Assembly: GCA_017555825.1 (NCBI GenBank)
Contig: JAFZFQ010000021.1
Coordinates: 64,459-128,458, forward strand
DNA: 64,000 nt
Origin: Bacteroidaceae bacterium
GTDB taxonomy: Bacteria > Bacteroidota > Bacteroidia > Bacteroidales > Barnesiellaceae_A
Reading direction: 5' to 3'
Below the pieces are notes generated by a model. The model did no database searches. It worked only from the letters and a program-made list of their open reading frames with translations, and was not told the DNA's origin. This document shows positions 28,229 through 38,583 of the stretch, one piece after another. Numbering within the stretch: position 1 is the first letter of the stretch; every line of letters begins with the position of its first letter. Made by a program: the position numbers and the translations under genes.

Positions 28229-29464
28229 ATGAGCAACCTTATTACAACCAATGCTCGCATCATCACCCCCCTGGGCAACACTGCCATCAAGGGCAAAAAG
28301 ATGAACGACTTGCACATCATCGACTGTGGTACTGTAGAGGTAACAAACGGCATGATTACCTATGTAGGCGAAAACCGCGAGAGCATACCCCAAGGCTATG
28401 AAGTTCTCGACGCCAAGGGTCAGGTTTTGTTGCCCGGATTTGTCGACTCACACACTCACCTCGTATTTGGTGGTTTCCGCCCCGAAGAGTTTATGTGGCG
28501 CATGCGTGGCGACAGTTATATGAGCATCATGGAGCGCGGCGGTGGTATCGTCAACTCTATGAAAGCAACTCGCGAAGCTACTCATGAAGAGTTGACCCAA
28601 AAAGCCTACAAATTTATTGAGGTAATGAGCCGCATGGGTGTCACTACTGTAGAGGGTAAGAGTGGCTATGGTCTCGACCGCGATGCCGAGATAAAGCAAC
28701 TCGAAGTGATGCGCGACATCAATGCCAACCCCGACCGCAAGGTAGACATTGCCACCACATTCTTGGGTGCACACGCTTTACCTCCCGAATACAAAGGTCG
28801 CCACGAGGAGTTTATAGACTTCATTATCGACGAAATGTTGCCCCTTGTCAAAGAGCGCAACTTGGCCGAGAACTGCGACATCTTCTGCGAGAAGGGTGTA
28901 TTCACTGTTGAGCAATCACGCCGACTCCTCTCGGCAGCCAAGGAAATGGGTTTTGGCGTAAAGATTCACGCCGACGAAATCGTAACCTTCGGTGGCTCGG
29001 AGCTTGCCGGTGAGCTGAAGGCCCTCAGTGCCGACCACCTCTTGCACGCATCGGACGAAGGTATACGCGCCATGAGCGAGAACAACGTTGTTGCAACCTT
29101 GTTGCCCCTCACAGCATTCACCTTGCGCGAGCCCTACGCTCGTGGTCGTGAAATGATCGACCGCGATTGTGCCGTAGCACTTGCCACCGACCTCAACCCC
29201 GGTAGCTGTTGCTCGGGTAGCATTCCTTTGACATTTGCATTGGCATGTATCTATATGCACCTCACTGTCGAAGAGGCCATCACAGCCATGACACTCAACG
29301 GTGCTGCCGCCATTGGTCGTGCCGATAAGATTGGCTCTATCGAGGTAGGCAAACAAGGCGACCTCGTACTCCTCGACACCGATACTCACTACACATTGCC
29401 CTACTACACTGCAATGAACTCGGTGAAACATACTATTAAAGCAGGTAAAATACTCACATATTAA
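28229..29464 (+). CDS. hutI: imidazolonepropionase
   Basis: 411 aa amidohydrolase fold: PGFVDSHTHLVFGG and KIHADE. Confidence 0.9.
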   Translation: MSNLITTNARIITPLGNTAIKGKKMNDLHIIDCGTVEVTNGMITYVGENRESIPQGYEVLDAKGQVLLPGFVDSHTHLVFGGFRPEEFMWRMRGDSYMSIMERGGGIVNSMKATREATHEELTQKAYKFIEVMSRMGVTTVEGKSGYGLDRDAEIKQLEVMRDINANPDRKVDIATTFLGAHALPPEYKGRHEEFIDFIIDEMLPLVKERNLAENCDIFCEKGVFTVEQSRRLLSAAKEMGFGVKIHADEIVTFGGSELAGELKALSADHLLHASDEGIRAMSENNVVATLLPLTAFTLREPYARGREMIDRDCAVALATDLNPGSCCSGSIPLTFALACIYMHLTVEEAITAMTLNGAAAIGRADKIGSIEVGKQGDLVLLDTDTHYTLPYYTAMNSVKHTIKAGKILTY

Positions 29465-29480
29465 AAAAACACATACAGTT

Positions 29481-30116
29481 ATGAAACTCGTAGACCTTAA
29501 TGTTACAGCATTCCTCGAAAAAACAGCAAGTAACGAACCCGTACCCGGTGGTGGTAGCATCTCGGCCCTCAACGCCGCTATTGCAACTGCATTGGGCACT
29601 ATGGTTACAAACCTTACCATAGGTCGTAAAAAATATGCCGACAAAGACGCTGAAATGACTGCCGCTGCCGAGAAACTCAACGCTATGCGCACTCGTTTTG
29701 TAGAGCTCATCGACCTCGACTCAGAGGCTTATGACCAAGTCTTTGCCGCCTTCAAGCTCCCCAAAGAGACAGACGAAGAGAAGGCTCATCGTGCAGCCGT
29801 TATTGAAGAGGCTACTAAGCACGCTGCCGAAATTCCCATGGAAGTAGCTCGCACTGCCGTTGAAGCTATGCCTACTATTATCTACATTGGCGAGAACGGC
29901 AACACCAACGCCATTACAGATAGCTGTGTAGCCATCATGTGCTGCCGTGCCGCTGTACGTGGTGCTATTCTCAACGTGCGCATCAACCTCGGTGGTCTCA
30001 AAGATGAGGCTTACGTTGAGAAGATGAAAGCCGCTTGTGAGGAACTTGAAGCTATGGCTCTTGTTCACGAAAACGAACTTATTACTTACGCTCAAGAAAA
30101 TCACGGATTATGCTAA
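29481..30116 (+). CDS. formimidoyltetrahydrofolate cyclodeaminase-family protein (FTCD C-domain)
   Basis: 211 aa, all-helical. TASNEPVPGGGSISALNAA matches the cyclodeaminase/cyclohydrolase family N-terminus. It overlaps hutH by 7 nt. Confidence 0.8.
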   Translation: MKLVDLNVTAFLEKTASNEPVPGGGSISALNAAIATALGTMVTNLTIGRKKYADKDAEMTAAAEKLNAMRTRFVELIDLDSEAYDQVFAAFKLPKETDEEKAHRAAVIEEATKHAAEIPMEVARTAVEAMPTIIYIGENGNTNAITDSCVAIMCCRAAVRGAILNVRINLGGLKDEAYVEKMKAACEELEAMALVHENELITYAQENHGLC

Positions 30117-31606
30117 AGACATATTACATTGGTTCGGGTGAACTCACATTCGACCTTATCGAAGAGATTCTCGATAGCAAAGCACGCCTCGAACTCTCGG
30201 CCGAAGCTATTGCCAAAATAGAGAAATGTCGCAACTATCTCGACCGCAAAACCGAAACTTCTGAGGTTCCCTTGTATGGTATCACAACAGGTTTTGGTTC
30301 TTTGTGCAACCGCAATATCTCGCCCAACGAGCTCACTACTTTGCAAGAAAATCTTGTTAAGAGCCACGCTTGTAGCGTAGGTACTGAGTTGGATCCCGAG
30401 ATTGTACGCCTCATGCTCCTCTTGAAGGCTCACGCCCTCTCAATGGGTCACAGTGGTGTACAAGTGGTTACTGTGCAACGTGTACTCGACCTCTACAACA
30501 ACGACATCCTCCCCATCGTTTACGATCGCGGTTCGTTGGGTGCATCGGGCGACCTTGCTCCCCTTGCCAACCTCTTCTTGCCTCTCATTGGCGAAGGTGA
30601 TGTAAACTACAAGGGTGTGCGCCGTCCTGCTGCCGAGGTATTGAAAGAGGTAGGTCTTGAGCCTGTAAAATTGCAAAGCAAAGAGGGTCTTGCACTCTTG
30701 AACGGTACTCAATTCATGAGCTCAAACGGTGTATACGCTATCATCCGTGCCCGTCACATCATGAAGGGAGCCGACATGATTGGTGCTATCTCATTGGAGG
30801 CCTTCGATGGTCGCATCGAGCCCTTCTTCGACAACATCCACCAAGTACGTCCCCACATGGGTCAAATCGAGACAGGCGAAGCATTCCGTCGTCTTCTTGC
30901 CGGTAGCGAACTCATCGCTAAGCCCAAAAAACACGTACAAGACCCCTACTCTTTCCGTTGCATACCCCAAGTACACGGTGCTATCAAAGATGCAATTCGC
31001 TACGTGAGCGGCGTGTTGTTGACCGAGATTAACTCTGTTACCGACAACCCCACCATCTTCCCCGACGAAGATTGCATCATCTCGGGTGGTAACTTCCACG
31101 GTGAGCCTCTCGCTCTCGTGTTTGACTACCTCGCAGTAGCACTTGCCGAGCTTGGTAATATATCTGAGCGTCGTGTAGCTCAACTCATCATGGGCTTCCG
31201 TGGCTTGCCCGAATTCCTCGTAGCCGAGCCCGGATTGAACTCTGGCTTCATGATTCCTCAATACGCCGCCGCTGCTATGGTGAGCCAAAACAAGATGTAC
31301 TGCTTCTCGGCTGCCAGCGACTCTATCGTATCGAGCAACGGTCAAGAAGACCACGTATCGATGGGTGCAAACGCAGCTACCAAGTTGCACAAAATACTCG
31401 ACAACCTCGAGAACATCCTCGCTATCGAGTTGATGAACGGTGCACAAGGTCTCGACTTCCGTCGCCCCGAAAAGACATCGCCCATCCTCGAAGAGTTTAT
31501 GGCTGCATACCGCGCCGAAGTTCCCTTCGTGAAAGACGATATTATCATGTACAAGATGATTCAAAAGACAGCCGACTTCCTTGGCCGTTACAAATTTGAG
31601 TATTAA
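30110..31606 (+). CDS. hutH: histidine ammonia-lyase
   Basis: 498 aa. The MIO-forming motif GSLGASGDLAPLA is present. Confidence 0.95.
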   Translation: MLKTYYIGSGELTFDLIEEILDSKARLELSAEAIAKIEKCRNYLDRKTETSEVPLYGITTGFGSLCNRNISPNELTTLQENLVKSHACSVGTELDPEIVRLMLLLKAHALSMGHSGVQVVTVQRVLDLYNNDILPIVYDRGSLGASGDLAPLANLFLPLIGEGDVNYKGVRRPAAEVLKEVGLEPVKLQSKEGLALLNGTQFMSSNGVYAIIRARHIMKGADMIGAISLEAFDGRIEPFFDNIHQVRPHMGQIETGEAFRRLLAGSELIAKPKKHVQDPYSFRCIPQVHGAIKDAIRYVSGVLLTEINSVTDNPTIFPDEDCIISGGNFHGEPLALVFDYLAVALAELGNISERRVAQLIMGFRGLPEFLVAEPGLNSGFMIPQYAAAAMVSQNKMYCFSAASDSIVSSNGQEDHVSMGANAATKLHKILDNLENILAIELMNGAQGLDFRRPEKTSPILEEFMAAYRAEVPFVKDDIIMYKMIQKTADFLGRYKFEY

Positions 31607-31626
31607 TCTTGACAATACCCAATAGA

Positions 31627-31660
31627 AAGGGGGCTGCATCACAAACGGTGCAGCCCCCTT
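31627..31660. terminator. bidirectional hairpin between convergent hutH and the WG-repeat gene
   Basis: AAGGGGGCTGCA-tcacaaacgg-TGCAGCCCCCTT: a perfect 12-bp stem, followed by ATATTTTG on the + strand. Confidence 0.8.
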
Positions 31661-31680
31661 ATATTTTGTAGCTTATAGCA

Positions 31681-32451
31681 TCAATCCATGAAATCGGGCA
31701 CTTTTGCTCGGAGAATATTATCGTCGTAGTCTTTTACAAAGTCACCGTTTACATCTATATAATAGAAGTCCTCGCCACGACCCACAATAGCGAGTCCGTC
31801 CTCAAAGTTTCCTACATAGTCGTATGTAATGGCTATAACCTCGTTGTTATGGGCATCTATAAAGCCACACTTGCCATCGCTACATACCGCGGCGCGACCA
31901 TCGGAAAACGAACCTACAAAGTCATATTCAAAGGGTATGACCACACGGTTGTTGCGATCGATAAATCCATATAGCCCACTCTCTTCGTCGCGTGTGGCAG
32001 CCAAACCTTCACAGAAGCGTCCCATTACCAAATACTCAACAGGTACAACCTCTACACCTTGGGTATCGACATAGCCATATCGGCCCTCTATAGTTACCAT
32101 AGCCACACCATCGGCAAAGGGGTGCACCACCTTATCATAAAGATAGGGAGTCACTTCACGACCACTCTTGTCGACGATGGCATACTTTCCATCGCGACAC
32201 ATAGCACCGTAACCGTCTACAAAGCTCACACCACCATCATATTGCATGGGCAACACTTCGCGACCATCTACATCGACAAGGCCCCATTTGCCATCGAGAC
32301 ACACCAAAGCCACTCCGTCGGAGAAGTCGCGTGCCGCATCATAAATAAGGGGTATCACCTCCTCGGTATCACGGTCTATGTAGCCAAACTTTCCATCACG
32401 CTCTACACAAGCGCGGTCGTTATTATATTTTCTTATATCGTCGTAATTCAT
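31681..32451 (-). CDS. WG (KWG) repeat-containing protein
   Basis: 256 aa made of ~7 tandem ~33-aa units of the pattern GK(W/F/Y)G(Y/F/L)(I/V)D..G.EV(I/V)P..YD. Confidence 0.8.
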   Translation of the reverse strand: MNYDDIRKYNNDRACVERDGKFGYIDRDTEEVIPLIYDAARDFSDGVALVCLDGKWGLVDVDGREVLPMQYDGGVSFVDGYGAMCRDGKYAIVDKSGREVTPYLYDKVVHPFADGVAMVTIEGRYGYVDTQGVEVVPVEYLVMGRFCEGLAATRDEESGLYGFIDRNNRVVIPFEYDFVGSFSDGRAAVCSDGKCGFIDAHNNEVIAITYDYVGNFEDGLAIVGRGEDFYYIDVNGDFVKDYDDNILRAKVPDFMD

Positions 32452-32510
32452 AGTAAAAGGGTTATAATAATATTATATAATAGAATACAAAAGTAATCAA
32501 TAACTCTTAT

Positions 32511-32553
32511 AAATAGAGATGCGCATGGGACTTTTTCTCATGCGCATCTATTT
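32511..32553 (-). terminator. hairpin downstream of the GH2 gene
   Basis: GATGCGCATG-11 nt-CATGCGCATC: a perfect 10-bp stem flanked by AAATA/TATTT, 26 nt past the GH2 stop. Confidence 0.55.
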
Positions 32554-32578
32554 AAAAAGAATTAAATCCTATCTACAA

Positions 32579-34387
32579 TTATTTGGCAAGGCTGTTACAG
32601 ATGCGACGGTTTATGTCGCGTATGCGATCTTCGTGCATTTTCACCACCTTACGGTCGTATGTCATGATACCGTTCACCTCAACTTCCACGTCGGTGGTTT
32701 GGGTGTAGATGGCAGCAGTAAAGCCACGCTTGATATATTCGAGAAGCATCTCGCCATATTTTACATACTCGTTGGTCACAGCATCGACCGAGTTGTATTG
32801 TATGTAACCCCAGTTACGATCGGGCTCCCAGATATGACCCTCTACAACATAACCTATACCGCCATATTCGCCCAAGACATTGGCACGTGTAGCGTCATAG
32901 AGATACATTTCGGGCGCGGGATAGTTGTGCAAGTCGAGCACATCGCCACAGGCAAAGAAGTTGCCACCACTTGCCGAATTAACCATGCGCGAGGGGTCGT
33001 AGTTCTTGGTCCATTCGGTTATCTCTACGGTCTTGAATTGACCCCAAGCCTCATTGAAAGGCACCCATACTGCTATGCTGGGATATGAGTAGAGATAGTC
33101 CATAATCTCGCGCCACTCCTTGCGGAAGTTTGCTTCAGAAGCTGCAGAACGCACCTCTTCGGCACCTTTGAAATATTGACGATTTTGCCAAGGATAACAG
33201 TTGTCGCCACTGGGCATATCTTGCCACACAATCATACCCACGCGGTCGCAATGGGTGTACCACACAGCGGGCTCTACCTTCACGTGCTTGCGTATCATGT
33301 TGAAGCCCCACTCCTTGGTCTTATCGATATCGTATACGAGCGCCTCATACGAGGGAGCTGTATAAAGACCATCGGGCCACCAACCTTGGTCTAGTGTGCC
33401 AAATTGGAAGAGGTCTTCGTTATTGAGTTGCATACGCACTATACCATCGGCATCACGACGAGTCGAGAACTTGCGCATAGCAGCATAACTCTCTACCTTG
33501 TCAAGTATCTTGCCATTGCGCGATATAGTCACTTGCAAGTCATATAGGAAAGGTGCATCGGGAGTCCACAATTTCACATCTTCGGGCATAGATACCTCTA
33601 CCGCAGCATTATTTACACTGCTACCACGAGCCACCAACTTGCCGGCATCATACACCTTCACCTCGGCTGTAATATCGGGACAAGCAACAGACTTGCACAC
33701 TTCGACAGTAAGGGTATTTGTATCGATATTGGGCAATATACGCAAGTCACCTATGTGCGTTTCGGCCACAGGCTCCAACCACACGGTTTGCCATATACCA
33801 CTCACGGGAGTATACCATATACCACCGGGGTTGCTCACTTGCTTACCACGAGGTTGATAGCCCTTATCGGTAGTATCTACAACGCGTACTTCGAGGCTAT
33901 TCTCGCCCTTGCGCAATGCAGCAGTAATATCGAATGAAAAGGGTGTGTAACCACCGGTGTGACGACCTACCTTCACGCCATTGACCCACACATCGGCTTG
34001 CCAATCGACAGCACCAAAGTGCAACAATACACGACGTGACTTCCACGACGAAGGTACTGTAAAGTTGCGTTGATACCACAAAGCATCATTCTCGCTCAAT
34101 CGACGCTCTACGCCCGACAATTGCGATTCGATGGCAAAAGGCACCAAGATTTCGCCCTCATACTTCTCGGGCATATTACTTTGCAACGATGTTACGGCAT
34201 AGTTCCACTCGCCATTGAGGTTCATCCACTCACCGCGCTCCATGATAGGACGCGGATATACATTCCACACATTCTCTTTGTCGAGGTTTTCGCCCCACGA
34301 TGTCATGATACGCGACGATTTCTCTGCGACAGCACCCCCGGCAAGCAACATACCCACCAATAGGCACAACATTTGTTTGATTTTCAT
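32579..34387 (-). CDS. glycoside hydrolase family 2 protein (secreted)
   Basis: 602 aa with a signal peptide. It has the GH2 sugar-binding, Ig-like and TIM-barrel layout, with acid/base region VPFNEAWG and nucleophile region LGEYGGIG. Substrate is not assignable from sequence alone. Confidence 0.8.
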   Translation of the reverse strand: MKIKQMLCLLVGMLLAGGAVAEKSSRIMTSWGENLDKENVWNVYPRPIMERGEWMNLNGEWNYAVTSLQSNMPEKYEGEILVPFAIESQLSGVERRLSENDALWYQRNFTVPSSWKSRRVLLHFGAVDWQADVWVNGVKVGRHTGGYTPFSFDITAALRKGENSLEVRVVDTTDKGYQPRGKQVSNPGGIWYTPVSGIWQTVWLEPVAETHIGDLRILPNIDTNTLTVEVCKSVACPDITAEVKVYDAGKLVARGSSVNNAAVEVSMPEDVKLWTPDAPFLYDLQVTISRNGKILDKVESYAAMRKFSTRRDADGIVRMQLNNEDLFQFGTLDQGWWPDGLYTAPSYEALVYDIDKTKEWGFNMIRKHVKVEPAVWYTHCDRVGMIVWQDMPSGDNCYPWQNRQYFKGAEEVRSAASEANFRKEWREIMDYLYSYPSIAVWVPFNEAWGQFKTVEITEWTKNYDPSRMVNSASGGNFFACGDVLDLHNYPAPEMYLYDATRANVLGEYGGIGYVVEGHIWEPDRNWGYIQYNSVDAVTNEYVKYGEMLLEYIKRGFTAAIYTQTTDVEVEVNGIMTYDRKVVKMHEDRIRDINRRICNSLAK

Positions 34388-34556
34388 ATCTTGATTTATA
34401 TTTAGATTCTTAGGACAAAGGTAGTGAAAACATGTGTAGAAAAAGAAACAACTCTATTTTATTTTATCGCAAAAGACCGGCACAATGCAATATCATGAAA
34501 AAGGCCGCATCATCTACATGACACGGCCTATTAAGAGTAGTATATATCAACCGCTA

Positions 34557-35936
34557 TCAGGGTTGTACGTTGTCGTTGGTGAGGGGCTTGCCTTCATACT
34601 CACCTGTAAGGGTGTTGAGGAAAGCAACGATAAGGTCTTCTTCATAATCGGTAAGCTCTACACCCGATTGGTATGTACCCATCTTGCACACAGCCTCTTT
34701 AAGCGAAGTTTGTGTACCATCGTGGTAATAGGGCCATGTGAGGGCTACGTTGCGCAAAGTGGGCACTTTGAAGCGGTGACGATCGCGCTCGTCTTGAGTC
34801 TCTTTGTAGCGACCATTATCCTCTACGGTGAGTTCCATGCCACGGTCGGCAAAGTAGTCCTTATATTGTCCCATGAGTTCATACGACTCACCACCGAGAT
34901 TGACACCTACGTGACATGTAGCACAATTGTATTTTTTGAACAACTCATAGCCATCCTCCTCGGCTTCGGTTATGGCATCTTCGTTGCCTCGCAAGTATTG
35001 GTCAAAGCGAGAGTTGGGAGTTATAAGAGTCATTTCAAATTGCTCGATAGCATCGGTTATAGTGGCTTGCGACCAACCCTCGGGATATACCTCGGCAAAG
35101 GCACGAGTAAGTTCCTTATCGGCAGCAAGTTTAGCTATAATTTCGTCGAAAGATGTAGAAGCCATCTCGATGGGGTTTAGAGGAGGACCTGCTGCTTGGT
35201 CGGCAAGTGTAGCTGCACGACCATCCCAGAATTGCACAAAGTTATGTACGGCATTGTACACAGTGGGAGCATTGACACCACCCAATTGACCTTGTACACC
35301 CTCCGAGTATTGCTTGTTGTCAACACCGGCAGTATTGAGGCCGTGGCAACTTGCACACGACACTGTATTGTCGATCGAGAGACGCACATCGTGGTAGAGG
35401 ATACGACCCAACTCGGCCTTGCTCATGTCGGCATTGTGTGTAAGAGGCAAGGGACGCACAGGCTCATCGGCATTGTCATCGGTAAGACCATCGGCATAGT
35501 AGGCTATGCGATAGTCGCGAGCCCAATCTTCAATAACATCGGCCTTCTCGTCGGTAATCTGGCTACCCCAATGCACCAAATAATATTGCACAGGAGGCAT
35601 AGTACCATCTTCGGCCACCTTCTCTACCTTGGCCACGTCAATGGGCTTGAGGGGTTGATCGGCAAGGAGTGCATCCATAAAAGGCTGCATGTCATACATG
35701 CGATAACCCTTCTCAACATCGGCTTTCACCATGTCGCCAACTACAGGCACGTTGGCGTAGAAGGGCAATTGTGCTTGAGCACTGTGGCAAGAGAGACAGT
35801 CGCCTTTGATAAAAATAGAAGCAACTTTGGCTCTTTCGGGATAGTCAATACCCGAGGGAGCCTTGACACTGATGCGATAAATGGTAATAAGCAATACTAC
35901 CAACACCAATGCAGCGATAATCAATTTTTTCTTCAT
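34557..35936 (-). CDS. tri-haem cytochrome c peroxidase (CCP/MauG family) with an extra N-terminal haem-binding domain
   Basis: 459 aa with an N-terminal TM/signal anchor and three CxxCH motifs: CLSCH (N-terminal extension), CASCH and CATCH (di-haem CCP core). Confidence 0.8.
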   Translation of the reverse strand: MKKKLIIAALVLVVLLITIYRISVKAPSGIDYPERAKVASIFIKGDCLSCHSAQAQLPFYANVPVVGDMVKADVEKGYRMYDMQPFMDALLADQPLKPIDVAKVEKVAEDGTMPPVQYYLVHWGSQITDEKADVIEDWARDYRIAYYADGLTDDNADEPVRPLPLTHNADMSKAELGRILYHDVRLSIDNTVSCASCHGLNTAGVDNKQYSEGVQGQLGGVNAPTVYNAVHNFVQFWDGRAATLADQAAGPPLNPIEMASTSFDEIIAKLAADKELTRAFAEVYPEGWSQATITDAIEQFEMTLITPNSRFDQYLRGNEDAITEAEEDGYELFKKYNCATCHVGVNLGGESYELMGQYKDYFADRGMELTVEDNGRYKETQDERDRHRFKVPTLRNVALTWPYYHDGTQTSLKEAVCKMGTYQSGVELTDYEEDLIVAFLNTLTGEYEGKPLTNDNVQP

Positions 35937-35967
35937 AGTTTTGTGTATTTTGTGTTATATGGTTGTT

Positions 35968-36747
35968 CTATCTATTATATATGTGTACACTATCGGAAGC
36001 CGCAGGCAGGTAATTGACACCATACCAGCACATCTGCAATGCCAAGAATGCAACAATGAGCACAATACCACAGAGGCGCTTATCGGTCTTTCCCATCAGG
36101 CGCAAGTGCATCGACAACATATACAGCATCCATGTCACTGCAGCCCACGACTCTTTGGCATCCCAACTCCAATATTCGCCCCACGCCTCCTTGGCCCACA
36201 ACGAGCCGGTGAGCATACCAATGGTAAAGAAGGCTACTCCGGCATAGACAAGACGGTCAATAGCGGGATAAATATCGGTTTGCGAATAGAATTGATACAC
36301 TGCCAACAATGTTGCACAGCCAAGCAAGGCATAAGAGAACATATACACCGCAACGTGGGGTATAAACCACACACTCTGCAATGCCGGCATGAGAGTATGA
36401 TCGTGTATCTCGGGACGAGCAATATTGATAATCATAAATACCGTAGACATTACGGTAGAGAAACTGAGTACCCAACGATAATGCCAGCGTGCATAAGTTA
36501 TGGCACCTGCTACAAGCATAAAGAAAGAGTACCACAGTCGAGTCTCGCCCATGGTGCGCATAGGAGGACGACCCAACGTGATGCCCAAGGCCACAATAAA
36601 TCCACCCAACACAAGCATGGCCACAAGCGTGAGCCATAGCGCCACCCTATTGTACTCCTTGCTGCGAAGTGCTACAACAGCACCACCCATAGCCAATACC
36701 ATAGTAATGACTGCAACCCATGCAAATATATTCCATCCAACTATCAT
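35968..36747 (-). CDS. ccsA: cytochrome c biogenesis protein CcsA (System II haem handling)
   Basis: 259 aa polytopic membrane protein with the tryptophan-rich WWD motif WAKEAWGEYWSWDAKESWA. Confidence 0.85.
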   Translation of the reverse strand: MIVGWNIFAWVAVITMVLAMGGAVVALRSKEYNRVALWLTLVAMLVLGGFIVALGITLGRPPMRTMGETRLWYSFFMLVAGAITYARWHYRWVLSFSTVMSTVFMIINIARPEIHDHTLMPALQSVWFIPHVAVYMFSYALLGCATLLAVYQFYSQTDIYPAIDRLVYAGVAFFTIGMLTGSLWAKEAWGEYWSWDAKESWAAVTWMLYMLSMHLRLMGKTDKRLCGIVLIVAFLALQMCWYGVNYLPAASDSVHIYNR

Positions 36748-37577
36748 ACATTCTGCTTTTTAGGTCCTTGTATAAACATGAGTACTGCACCGGCAATGAG
36801 CATAATGATTCCGGCCGCCATGGGCCACTTCCACGGATGTCGCACCACTTGCAACACACACGTCATGCCACCACTACGAGGCTCGTAGCTTGTGAGATAA
36901 ATATCTTCGCACCATGTGCGCGCATAGGGATGGTTGACCGAGAGAGTAACACTCTTGCCATCTATGAGCAGGTCGGCCTCGTATGACGAGGGTGCACCAT
37001 TCTCAAAATAGTCGGCTCTAAAATCGAGCAATTGCATTTCATATCCCAGCAATGTCATGCGACCATCTTCATAATAGGCCTCATCGGTAGGTTGCGAAGC
37101 AACGACCGTGCGCATAATGTCGCTATCGGGAGCACCCCAAAAGCCGGCAAAAAGCACCAGCCATAGACCGATGTGATTAAATATAAACCGCCAACGAATA
37201 GCTACCGCGTTGCGCCAACCGCGCAATATAACCATAGCCAACTGTGTGAGTACAAAAAGCGTAGCTATAGAAAAAGGAAACGACATGACTGCCGGATGAC
37301 GTTGCAAGCCCATTACCACACAGGCCACTACTACAACCGAAACCGATAGCCACGAAGCCTGGGGCGACAAGAGGTATTGTGCCACAGCATTGCTTTGTCG
37401 CCTGCGATAGAGCTCAGCGATGATGTAGAGCCACAAGGCTGCAATAATGAGGTTGAGCGGAAAGCGGAAAAGCGCAGCCGGCACGTCTCCTATCAACAAT
37501 TGCATCAACGCAGCTATCGCCCCAAGAGCGACAACAACCATGAGAGAAACAATCAAAGCGCTATACCGTTTTGCCAT
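36744..37577 (-). CDS. ResB/CcsB-like cytochrome c biogenesis membrane protein (short form)
   Basis: It has N-terminal TM helices, a soluble segment and a C-terminal TM helix. The 4-nt ATGA overlap with ccsA suggests translational coupling. The assignment rests mainly on position and topology. The start is set at MAKRYS; the ORF track extends to 37661. Confidence 0.5.
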   Translation of the reverse strand: MAKRYSALIVSLMVVVALGAIAALMQLLIGDVPAALFRFPLNLIIAALWLYIIAELYRRRQSNAVAQYLLSPQASWLSVSVVVVACVVMGLQRHPAVMSFPFSIATLFVLTQLAMVILRGWRNAVAIRWRFIFNHIGLWLVLFAGFWGAPDSDIMRTVVASQPTDEAYYEDGRMTLLGYEMQLLDFRADYFENGAPSSYEADLLIDGKSVTLSVNHPYARTWCEDIYLTSYEPRSGGMTCVLQVVRHPWKWPMAAGIIMLIAGAVLMFIQGPKKQNV

Positions 37578-37725
37578 ATTTTCAAATAATTTTTTGTAAA
37601 AATATATATTTAACCACAAACACACAAGCAACGGGCAATATTTTTCTATATTTTTAGACAAAAATCAAAAAGTCGCCTTGGAAATAAACTCCGAGGCGAC
37701 TTATGTATGTTAGTTGCAGTTATTA

Positions 37726-38469
37726 TCAACTCACTGCCACATTGGTATCTTCAACCAACAAGGGGTCTTGTATACCCGCCGAAAAAGCTTGGCGATAGAG
37801 TGCCGCTTGGGCATACATGGTTATAATCATAGTGAAGATACTACCCACCAAAAAGCACAGAAGACCAATAGTCATAATGAGCAATGCGAGCAAGAAGAAT
37901 AGAAATATGCGTCCTTGCAACGGATATGAAGCCTTCCAACTCATCTTGAGCGCCTCGATGGGGCCTACACCTCGGTCTATGAGCAAATAGGGCGCAAAGA
38001 AAAGGCGCAACGATATGTATATTGTAGGCACGCATGCCAATGCCAGCCACAACGTCATGGTAGAAAGGGCCATGGGATCGAAGGCTGCAAGTGTAGTGAG
38101 CGAAACACTACAAGAGGCGGCTCCTATGCCCACGATAGCACATGCCGGAAGGAGTATAGAAAGTGACATAATAATCATGAGCACAACAAAGTGCAACAAT
38201 CGAGGCAACACCTCCTTGAAGACTCCAAAGCGAGGCTCCTCGCCATCGACAACATCTAACGTGAGGCGAACAATACCCAACGACCAAATGAGGCTAACAA
38301 ACACATTGAGCAATTGCGCTATTGAGCCCACCACGCCACCGGGCGGTATCAGAGACAACAACGTACTGACAATAGTAAAAGCTAACACTAAACCCAACGA
38401 AACAATAAAATGCTCCTTGGTACACCGCCAACCTGTTTTGATGGCTGCAAGAGGACTAAATCGATCCAT
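37726..38469 (-). CDS. integral membrane protein of unknown function (DUF975-like topology)
   Basis: 247 aa with ~6 predicted TM segments. A hairpin AAGTCGCCTTGG/CCGAGGCGACTT lies just past the stop. Confidence 0.5.
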   Translation of the reverse strand: MDRFSPLAAIKTGWRCTKEHFIVSLGLVLAFTIVSTLLSLIPPGGVVGSIAQLLNVFVSLIWSLGIVRLTLDVVDGEEPRFGVFKEVLPRLLHFVVLMIIMSLSILLPACAIVGIGAASCSVSLTTLAAFDPMALSTMTLWLALACVPTIYISLRLFFAPYLLIDRGVGPIEALKMSWKASYPLQGRIFLFFLLALLIMTIGLLCFLVGSIFTMIITMYAQAALYRQAFSAGIQDPLLVEDTNVAVS

Positions 38470-38583
38470 AATACATATATCCTTAAAACAACGATAACAG
38501 CATATTACAACAAACGTGCTTATATAATGATGTAACCCTCAATATATTTCTCAGTGAAAGCTGTATATCTATGCCGATTATTG

